Below, one piece after another: positions 1 to 10,695 of a stretch of DNA of 64,000 nt (its first letter is position 1; every line of letters starts with the position of its first letter). The stretch comes from Eledone cirrhosa (taxonomy: Eukaryota): assembly GCA_964016885.1 (NCBI GenBank), contig OZ024740.1, positions 420,050,001 through 420,114,000 of the forward strand, given 5' to 3'. The notes beneath the pieces are model-generated. The model saw only the letters and a list, made by a program, of their open reading frames with translations. It searched no databases and was not told the DNA's origin. The position numbers and the translations under genes were made by a program.

Positions 1-3000
1 GTACATCTAGTCCTTATATCTGGATATGTAGATCTAGTCCTTATATCTGGATATGTAGAAGATCTAGTCCTTATATCTAGATATGTAGAAGATCTAGTCC
101 TTATATCTAGATATGTAGAAGATCTAGTCCTTATATCTAGATATGTAGATCTAGTCCTTATATCTAGATATGTAGATCTAGTCCTTATATCTGGATATGT
201 AGATCTAGTCCTTATATCTAGATATGTAGATCTAGTCCTTATATCTGGATATGTAGAAGGTCTAGTCCTTATATCTGGATATGTAGAACATCTAGTCCTT
301 ATATCTGGATATGTAGAACATCTAGTCCTTATATCTGGATATGTAGAAGATCTAGTCCTTATATCTAGATATGTAGATCTAGTCCTTATATCTAGATATG
401 TAGATCTAGTCCTTATATCTGGATATGTAGAAGATCTAGTCCTTATATCTAGATATGTAGATCTAGTCCTTATATCTAGATATGTAGATCTAGTCCTTAT
501 ATCTGGATATGTAGAAGATCTAGTCCTTATATCTGGATATGTAGAAGATCTAGTCCTTACATCTGGATATGTAGAAGATCTAGTCCTTATATCTAGATAT
601 GTAGATCTAGTCCTTATATCTAGATATGTAGATCTAGTCCTTATATCTGGATATGTAGAAGATCTAGTCCTTATATCTAGATATGTAGATCTAGTCCTTA
701 TATCTGGATATGTAGAAGATCTAGTCCTTATATCATGATATGTAGATCTAGTTCTTATATCTAGATATGTAGATCTAGTCCTTATATCTGGATATGTAGA
801 AGATCTAGTCCTTATATCTAGATATGTAGATCTAGTTCTTATATCTAGATATGCAGATCTAGTCCTTATATCTAGATATGTAGATCTAGTCCTTATATCT
901 AGATATGTAGATCTAGTCCTTATATCTAGATATGTAGATCTAGTCCTTATATCTAGATATGTAGATCTAGTTCTTATATCTAGATATGCAGATCTAGTCC
1001 TTATATCTAGATATGTAGATCTTGTCCTTATATCTAGATATGTAGATCTAGTCCTTATATCTGGATATGTAGAATATCTAGTCCTTATATCTGGATATGT
1101 AGAAGATCCAGTCCTTATATCTGGATATGTAGAAGATCTAGTCCTTATATCTGGATATGTAGAACATCTAGTCCTTATATCTGGATATGTAGAAGATCTA
1201 GTCCTTATATCTAGATATGTAGATCTAGTCCTTATATCTGGATATGTAGAGCATCTAGTCCTTATATCTGGATATGTAGAAGATCTAGTCCTTATATCTA
1301 GATATGTAGATCTAGTCCTTATATCTGGATATGTAGAAGATCTAGTCCTTATATCTAGATATTTAGATCTAGTCCTTATATCTTGATATGTAGAAGATCT
1401 AGTCCTTATATCTAGATATGTAGATCTAGTCCTTATATCTGGATATGTAGATCTAGTCCTTATATCTGGATATGTAGATCTAGTCCTTATACCTGGATAT
1501 GTAGATCTAGTCTTTATATCTAGATATGTAGATCTAGTCCTTATATCTGGATATGTAGAAGATCTAGTCCTTATATCTAGATATGTAGATCTAGTCCTTA
1601 TATCTGGATATGTAGAAGATCTAGTCCTTATATCTGGATATGTAGATCTAGTCCTTATATCTGGATATTTAGATCTAGTCCTTATATCTGGATATGTAGA
1701 AGATCTAGTCCTTATATCTGGATATGTAGAAGATCTAGTCCTTATATCTAGATATGTAGAAGATCTAGTCCTTATATCTAGATATGTAGATCTAGTCCTT
1801 ATATCTAGATATGTAGATCTAGTCCTTATATCTAGATATGTAGATCTAGTCCTTATATCTAGATATGTACATCTAGTCCTTATATCTGGATATGTAGATC
1901 TAGTCCTTATATCTGGATATGTAGAAGATCTAGTCCTTATATCTAGATATGTAGAAGATCTAGTCCTTATATCTAGATATGTAGAAGATCTAGTCCTTAT
2001 ATCTAGATATGTAGATCTAGTCCTTATATCTAGATATGTAGATCTAGTCCTTATATCTGGATATGTAGATCTAGTCCTTATATCTAGATATGTAGATCTA
2101 GTCCTTATATCTGGATATGTAGAAGGTCTAGTCCTTATATCTGGATATGTAGAACATCTAGTCCTTATATCTGGATATGTAGAACATCTAGTCCTTATAT
2201 CTGGATATGTAGAAGATCTAGTCCTTATATCTAGATATGTAGATCTAGTCCTTATATCTAGATATGTAGATCTAGTCCTTATATCTGGATATGTAGAAGA
2301 TCTAGTCCTTATATCTAGATATGTAGATCTAGTCCTTATATCTAGATATGTAGATCTAGTCCTTATATCTGGATATGTAGAAGATCTAGTCCTTATATCT
2401 GGATATGTAGAAGATCTAGTCCTTACATCTGGATATGTAGAAGATCTAGTCCTTATATCTAGATATGTAGATCTAGTCCTTATATCTAGATATGTAGATC
2501 TAGTCCTTATATCTGGATATGTAGAAGATCTAGTCCTTATATCTAGATATGTAGATCTAGTCCTTATATCTGGATATGTAGAAGATCTAGTCCTTATATC
2601 ATGATATGTAGATCTAGTTCTTATATCTAGATATGTAGATCTAGTCCTTATATCTGGATATGTAGAAGATCTAGTCCTTATATCTAGATATGTAGATCTA
2701 GTTCTTATATCTAGATATGCAGATCTAGTCCTTATATCTAGATATGTAGATCTAGTCCTTATATCTAGATATGTAGATCTAGTCCTTATATCTAGATATG
2801 TAGATCTAGTCCTTATATCTAGATATGTAGATCTAGTCCTTATATCTAGATATGTAGATCTAGTCCTTATATCTAGATATGTAGATCTAGTCCTTATATC
2901 TAGATATATAGATCTAGTCCTTATATCTAGATATGTAGACCTAGTCCTTATACCTGGATATGTAGAAGATCTAGTCCTTATATCATGATATGTAGATCTA

Positions 3001-6000
3001 GTTCTTATATCTAGATATGTAGATCTAGTCCTTATATCTGGATATGTAGAAGATCTAGTCCTTATATCTAGATATGTAGATCTAGTTCTTATATCTAGAT
3101 ATGCAGATCTAGTCCTTATATCTAGATATGTAGATCTAGTCCTTATATCTAGATATGTAGATCTAGTCCTTATATCTAGATATGTAGATCTAGTCCTTAT
3201 ATCTAGATATGTAGATCTAGTCCTTATATCTGGATATGTAGAAGATCTAGTCCTTATATCTGGATATGTAGAAGATCCAGTCCTTATATCTGGATATGTA
3301 GAAGATCTAGTCCTTATATCTGGATATGTAGAAGATCTAGTCCTTATATCTGGATATGTAGAAGATCTAGTCCTTATATCTAGATATGTAGATCTAGTCC
3401 TTATATCTAGATATGTAGATCTAGTCCTTATATCTAGATATGTAGATCTAGTCCTTATATCTGGATATGTAGAAGATCTAGTCCTTATATCTAGATATTT
3501 AGATCTAGTCCTTATATCTGGATATGTAGAAGATCTAGTCCTTATATCTAGATATGTAGATCTAGTCCTTATATCTGGATATGTAGATCTAGTCCTTATA
3601 TCTGGATATTTAGATCTAGTCCTTATATCTGGATATGTAGAAGATCTAGTCCTTATATCTGGATATGTAGAAGATCTAGTCCTTATATCTAGATATGTAG
3701 AAGATCTAGTCCTTATATCTGGATATGTAGATCTAGTCCTTATATCTGGATATGTAGATCTAGTCCTTATACCTGGATATGTAGATCTAGTCTTTATATC
3801 TAGATATGTAGATCTAGTCCTTATATCTAGATATGTAGAAGATCTAGTCCTTATATCTAGATATGTAGATCTAGTCCTTATATCTGGATATGTAGATCTA
3901 GTCCTTATATCTAGATATGTAGATCTAGTCCTTATATCTGGATATGTAGAAGATCTAGTCCTTATATCTGGATATGTAGAAGATCTAGTCCTTATATCTG
4001 GATATGTAGATCTACTCCTTATATCTAGATATGTAGATCTAGTCCTTATATCTAGATATGTAGATCTAGTCCTTATATCTGGATATGTAGATCTAGTCCT
4101 TATATCTAGATATGTAGATCTAGTCCTTATATCTGGATATGTAGAAGATCTAGTCCTTATATCTAGATATGTAGATCTAGTCCTTATATCTGGATATGTA
4201 GAAGATCTAGTCCTTATATCTGGATATGTAGAAGATCTAGTCCTTATATCTGGATATGTAGAACATCTAGTCCTTATATCTGGATATGTAGAACATCTAG
4301 TCCTTATATCTGGATATGTAGAAGATCTAGTCCTTATATCTAGATATGTAGATCTAGTCCTTATATCTAGATATGTAGATCTAGTCCTTATATCTAGATA
4401 TGTAGATCTAGTCCTTATATCTAGATATGTAGATCTAGTCCTTATATCTGGATATGTAGAAGATCTAGTCCTTATATCTAGATATGTAGATCTAGTCCTT
4501 ATATCTGGATATGTAGAAGATCTAGTCCTTATATCTGGATATGTAGAAGATCTAGTCCTTATATCTGGATATGTAGAACATCTAGTCCTTATATCTGGAT
4601 ATGTAGAACATCTAGTCCTTATATCTGGATATGTAGAAGATCTAGTCCTTATATCTAGATATGTAGATCTAGTCCTTATACCTGGATATGTAGAAGATCT
4701 AGTCCTTATATCTGGATATGTAGATCTAGTCCTTATATCTGGATATGTAGAAGATCTAGTCCTTATATCTAGATATGTAGAAGATCTAGTCCTTATATCT
4801 AGATATTTAGTTCTAGTCCTTATATCTGGATATGTAGATCTAGTCCTTATATCTGGATATGTAGAAGATCTAGTCCTTATATCTGGATATGTAGATCTAG
4901 TCCTTATATCTGGATATGTAGAAGATCTAGTCCTTATATCTGGATATGTAGATCTAGTCCTCATATCTGGATATGTAGATCTAGTCCTTATATCTAGATA
5001 TGTAGATATAGTCCTTATATCTGGATATGTAGAAGATCTAGTCCTTATATCTAGATATGTAGATCTAGTCCTTATATCTGGATATGTAGAAGATCTAGTC
5101 CTTATATCTGGATATGTAGATCTAGTCCTTATATCTGGATATGTAGATCTAGTCCTTATATCTAGATATGTAGATCTAGTCCTTATATCTGGATATGTAG
5201 ATCTAGTCCTTATATCTGGATATGTAGAAGATCTAGTCCTTATATCTGGATATGTAGATCTAGTCCTTATATCTGGATATGTAGAAGATCTCGTCCTTAT
5301 ATCTGGATATGTAGAAAATCTTGTCCTTATATCTGGATATGTAGATCTAGTCCTTATATCTAGATATGTAGATCTAGTCCTTATATCTAGATATGTAGAT
5401 CTAGTCCTTATATCTGGATATGTAGAAGATCTAGTCCTTATATCTGGATATGTAGAAGATCTAGTCCTTATATCTGGATATGTAGATCTAGTCCTTATAT
5501 CTAGATATGTAGATCTAGTCCTTATATCTGGATATGTAGAAGATCTAGTCCTTATATCTGGATATGTAGAAGATCTAGTCCTTATATCTGGATATGTAAA
5601 AGATCTAGTCCTTATATCTAGATATGTAGAAGATCTAGTCCTTATATCTAGATATGTAGATCTAGTCCTTATATCTAGATATGTACATCTAGTCCTTATA
5701 TCTAGATATGTAGAAGATCTAGTCCTTATATCTAGATATGTAGAAGATCTAGTCCTTATATCTAGATATGTAGAAGATCTAGTCCTTATATCTAGATATG
5801 TAGAAGATCTAGTCCTTATATCTAGATATGTAGATCTAGTCCTTATATCTAGATATGTAGATCTAGTCCTTATATCTAGATATGTAGAAGATCTAGTCCT
5901 TATATCTAGACATGTAGAAGATCTAGTCCTTATATCTAGATATGTAGAAGATCTAGTCTTTATATCTAGATATGTAGATCTAGTCCTTATATCTAGATAT

Positions 6001-6337
6001 GTAACAGATCTAGTCCTTATATCTAGATATGTAGATCTAGTCCTTATACCTGGATATGTAGATCTAGTCCTTATATCTGGATATGTAGATCTAGTCCTTA
6101 TACCTGGATATGTAGAAGATCTAGTCCTTATATCTGGATATGTAGATCCAGTCCTTATACCTGGATATGTAGAAGATCTAGTCCTTATACCTGGATATGT
6201 AGATCTAGTCCTTATATCTAGATATGTAGATCTAGTCCTTATACCTGGATATGTAGATCTAGTCCTTATATCTAGATATGTAGATCTAGTCCTTATACCT
6301 GAATATGTAGATCTAGTCCTTATACTTGGATATGTAG
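1..6337. repeat. Tandem satellite of mixed 27/30-bp units GATCTAGTCCTTATATCTRGATATGTA(GAA), >200 copies, continuing beyond the window start
   Basis: Directly visible periodicity; the last unit runs in frame into RTE reverse-transcriptase sequence. Confidence 0.98.
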
Positions 6338-7105
6338 CAGAGTTAGAACGGAAATTCCAGATATGGAAGCAAAACCTAGAATTGAAAGGCCTAAAAGTAA
6401 ACATAGTAAAGATAGTTTTAATAAATAGGAAAGAAGAGAAGACTCTGATACCATCAAGGAAATAACCTTGCTTGATATGCCAAAAAGGAGTAGGCAGAAA
6501 TGTCATAAGATGCACACAGTGCAATCTATAGAAGCATGATATATTGGTTAACAGAGAAGGTAGGGTTTGTATACAACAGATGTACAAGAGAAATAAACAT
6601 TAAGAATATATGTGAAATAGATTGCCTCAGTTTCCAAGTAGACTCCCTAGAAGTGATCTAATACACTTAGTAATGTGGTTGGTGTTAAGAAGGGCGTCAA
6701 GCCATAGAAACCATGCTAAAAGGGTTGAGAGGACCGTTTAGTCATGTCACAAACATGGCAATCTCTCTAATGCTGGTGACACAAAAAATACACCAAGTAC
6801 ACTCTGTAGGAAGGGCATCTAGTCATAGAAAATTTGCCAAAGAAAGAGTTGAGTGGGCTCTACAGTAGTGTCAAGGACATGACAATCACCTTGGTGCCAG
6901 TGCCATAAATAAAATGTACCCAGTACACTCTGTAATGTGGTTGGTAAGGGCATCCAGCTGTAGAAACCCATACCTAAACTGGAACATATGTAAGCGAGAT
7001 GTGGCCCCCAGCCTATTTAGGAGGATAGTAACTCCAATTAAATACTGACATGGTCTATGACAACCCATCCAACCATGGAAAAACAAACATTAAATGATGA
7101 TAATG
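6310..7105 (+). mobile_element. Degenerate RTE-clade LINE fragment (RT region after YADD, PHD remnant, 3' tail)
   Basis: Translates DLVLILGYVAELERKFQIWKQNLELKGLKVNIVK...*PCLICQKGVGRNVIRCTQC. Decayed AGGAAGGGCATCCAGCTGTAGAAAC motif and (GAT)n-like tail near 7095. Confidence 0.75.
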
Positions 7106-7286
7106 GTAATATATGTAATATGTGTATGTAATTGTTTTAATATTTTTTCTTCTTAATAAGTGGAAAACAAAACTTTTAACAACAAAATCATCAAAAACCT
7201 TGGTTGTAAAATCATATTCTTACATGATCAGTTTTTCTTTCATTTTCCCTCCTTAATCTGTCTTGTTTATTTATTAAATCAGTTTA

Positions 7287-7438
7287 AACGTCCGTATAGA
7301 GCTAGTAAGCCATAGCAGACTAGGGGAAGTATCTAGTACTTCTTATAGTTGAGAAACTAATCAATTTAACGTCCGTATAGAGCTAGTAAGCCATAGCAGA
7401 CTAGGGGAAGTATCTAGTACTTCTTATAGTTGAGAAAC
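7287..7438. repeat. Perfect 71-bp direct duplication (7287-7357 and 7368-7438)
   Basis: Identical copies offset by 81 bp. Confidence 0.9.
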
Positions 7439-7548
7439 AAAAAAACAAGCTATACAGAGATAAGTGAAATAAAAATAAAATAAAATATTCAAATAGTGAA
7501 GGCCAACGGGAGGCTAAATAAGCATAAAAAAAAAGATAAAGTAAAAAT

Positions 7549-7803
7549 TTGTGTGTGTGACAGCTCACACCTATGCAGGTTTAGCTGGCCTCCTCCAAGG
7601 TATATCTCGTTGGAGGTGTCTTGGGTGATTTTAATGATAGGGGCCCCAGTCTTATCATCTCATTTCTACAGCTGAGTAAACTGGAGCAACGTGAAATAAA
7701 GTGTCTTGCTCAAGGAAACAACACATCACCCAGTCCGAGAATTGAACTCACAACCTTTTGATTGCAAGCCCAATGCTCTAACCACTAGGCCATGTGCCTT
7801 CAC
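7549..7803 (-). mobile_element. tRNA-derived SINE with (CA)n tail
   Basis: Pol III A/B boxes on the minus strand; 11-bp TSD AAAGTAAAAAT (7538-7548 and 7804-7814); near-identical + strand copy at 50406-50683. Confidence 0.9.
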
Positions 7804-7898
7804 AAAGTAAAAATGGAAAGCAAGGGAAGCTGAAAAGTAGCTAGAAGGTTCTGTTGTTGACTCTCTTCATAACCTCCATGGTCTCCCGTTCTATAGTA

Positions 7899-8186
7899 CA
7901 GTAGAAGACCTTTGAAGACCGTTTGTCACCTCAGATGTTCATAAACCAAAACTATTTTTCCCATACAAAATGTTGAGAGAGAAATACAGTGAGAGAGAAG
8001 GAGAGAGACTGTTTGAAAGACATAAATATCACCCAAGTGACACTTTCCCTGCCATTACTCCCAGCTTGTCGGCAACTGTTGTGTCAGCTTGTGTGTTCGT
8101 TACTCGAGACACTGTCAAGGAAGTCGTTTGATGTTCAGAACCAATTTGCTGATGATGAGAGGTGTTCATGAACCGAGGTTCCACTG
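7899..8186. mobile_element. Tc1/mariner (pogo/Tigger-like) MITE
   Basis: TA|CAGTAGAA...TTCCACTG|TA ends; the empty site is visible in the adjacent local duplicate near 8395. Confidence 0.7.
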
Positions 8187-9472
8187 TATTTCTGTTAGAA
8201 TAAACTGCATTAATCTAGAATTAACAACTATCTTATTGGACATTACATCTAAAATAGAATATAGAGAATGCCAACTGGAGGCTAAATAAGCATTTTAAAA
8301 AAGATATAGAAGAAATGGGAAGCCATGGAAGCTGTAAAGCAGCTAAAGGTTCTGTTGTTAAATCTTTTCATAACCTCCATGTTCTCCATAGTTCTATAGT
8401 ACTTCTGTTAGAATAAATTGCATTCATTAAGAATTAACAACTGTCTGATTGGACAAGCTTAACATAGCATCTAAAATCTGATATTCTGATCATCAAATTC
8501 AATATTTGTATATTGCTATGGTGATTCAGCAGATTCAGCATGGATATTTCTGAAGGAAAAGAAAATCAATAATTTACATAACTTTTGATATTGGCTTTTA
8601 AAAAAAAAAAAGAAAAAAAAACTGATCATCTATTAGCATATGTTATGATAGACTATTTTATCATAGATCTATAGGTCTTTCTGTTTGTAGTTAAAGATCA
8701 ATATCTATCATATGCATTAATTTATAATGAATGTTTCTTAAATTTCTCATTATTTCTAATACTCAGTAATATTACATACTCTTGTGTCCCAAATAATAGG
8801 TGGAGGTGTGAGGGAGGGGGGGGTTTAAAAATTGGTAATTTTTATAGGTTGTTTCTTTTGATTTTTTTTAACCCTTTAACATTTAAACCGGCCATATCTG
8901 GCCAGAATTCTCCCACCTTTTCCTGTTCAAACCCACCATAATCGGCTGCTCATACTTATGCGAATATTCGTGACCCGAGTATAATATTTGACTGTTCCAT
9001 GTCTTTCATTTTCATTTATCATCTGTTGACAAAGAAACCAATCTTTCATGTGCTTCAGATTTGCTTATATCAGAATTACATGTATAGTCCTGTAACTCCT
9101 AGGGCAGTCATAGAGGCACTGTATTGACACACAGCATTTCTAGGGCATCTTTTTAAAGCCCGGTGGAGCCCATCTCCTCTCCAGGTCTCAATACAGCAGA
9201 TTTCTTCCAGAGAAGGATAGAGAGAGTGAGAGAGAATGAAAGTGGGAAAGAGATATAGAGGACAAATCAACCCCAATACTTGACTGGTATTTTTCATCGA
9301 CCTGGAATGGAGGAAAGGCAAAGTTGACTTCAATAGGATTTGAACTCAGAGAGCTGAAATGAATACCACAAAGCCTTCTGTCTGACGTTCTACAACTCCA
9401 CCAATTCACTGCCTTAATATCAGGATTGCTTTACAACAAATGTATACTCAGTCTTCGTGAGATTTATATCAA

Positions 9473-9835
9473 ATAATTGTTTCTACTTTTGGCACAAGGC
9501 CAGCAATTACCCAGTGTATTACTGGTACTTTATTTTATCAATCCCGTAAGGATGAAAGGCAAAGTTAACCTTGACGGGATCTGAATTCAGATTGTAAAGG
9601 GACATAACTATGCTGGAAAGCATGACGTCCGACCCTCCACCGATACTGCCAATTGATTCATTTGCAAGCAAACAACCTCATTAGCCTCATTACATGAGGC
9701 TGTTTGTTCGCAAACAAATCAACAAATCCCGCCGAGGTTAACGTTGCTTTTCATCCTTATGGAGTCGATAAAATAAAGTACCAGTAATACACTGGGATAA
9801 TTGCTGGCCTTGTGCCAAAAGTAGAAACAATTATT
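9473..9835. mobile_element. Inverted pair of SINEs (GCCTTTCATCCTTACGGGGTCGATAAAATAAAGTACCAG family, Meta-domain-like)
   Basis: Minus copy 9473-9655 and plus copy 9726-9835. The family recurs many times (e.g. 23095-23600, 33275-34090, 38367-38560, 51452-51635, 61428-61610). Confidence 0.85.
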
Positions 9836-10006
9836 ATTCAATATAAAACTCCTGAATGTATATACGTATCTGCTGTTAGAGAGAAAAACAAAATCTTCCT
9901 TTTTTTTTCAGTCTATTTAGAGGATTTTTTTTGTTTTTGTTGTTTTTTTTTTATTTTCAAAAGAAGTGTATGCCATGTTTTATCAGATTTGTTTGTTTAT
10001 TTGTAG

Positions 10007-10118
10007 CTACTATGAATTGGATGACACAGATTACAGTTCTATCAACAAATATTTGTCTGGATTAGTGGAGAAATGTGTCTATGATTTGAGCCAATCATAC
10101 TGCATTGGAATGGATGAG
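10007..10118 (+). CDS. ASCC3: ASCC3 internal exon A: (S)YYELDDTDYSSINKYLSGLVEKCVYDLSQSYCIGMDE
   Basis: tttatttgtAG acceptor, GTAAAT donor; phase 2 to 0; resembles the recalled vertebrate ASCC3 segment SYYNLGDVSHDSVNKFLSHLIEKSLIELELSYCIEIGE. Confidence 0.9.
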
Positions 10119-10442
10119 GTAAATATTTTTGAATAGCAGCAACATTGCAACCTATCTAGTAATTGATACTAAGTAAATCCTCCCTTGTAATGTCTGTACT
10201 AATCCTTATTTCTAAAGAACAAGCTATTATAAATATTCTTTGAAGTTTTACATATGATATGGACCATTGGTTTACATCGTTTGAAAATATAATCACAGAA
10301 GTCAACCAGAAAGATTGCAAAATATTGTTCCACAATATTTTCAGATTTGTCTGTCTTTGACAAATATTATTTCTAGGAAAATAAAGCTATTCAAAACATT
10401 TCTAAATGATGAAGATATCAATATTATATTAATGGTGGTAGT

Positions 10443-10618
10443 AAGAAACTCTCAGGAGAGCTGGACAGCAGAAAGTCTTCAAAGAAGAAACCCTCAGGAG
10501 AGCTGGACAGCAGAAGATCTTCAGAGAAGAAACTCTCAGGAGAGCTGGACAACAGAAGGTCTTCAAAGAAGAAACTCTGAGGAGAGCTGGACAGCGGAGG
10601 GTCTTTAGAGAAGAAACA
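10443..10618. repeat. 42-bp minisatellite, about 4 copies
   Basis: AGAAACTCTCAGGAGAGCTGGACAGCAGAAGATCTTCAGAGA repeats (14-aa period in the ORF track). Confidence 0.9.
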
Positions 10619-10695
10619 CCCTCAAGCAAGTGTTTCGGCTCTTAATAAATAATAAAAATAATATTTGCATATTATTATAACTCATCTCATGGAAA

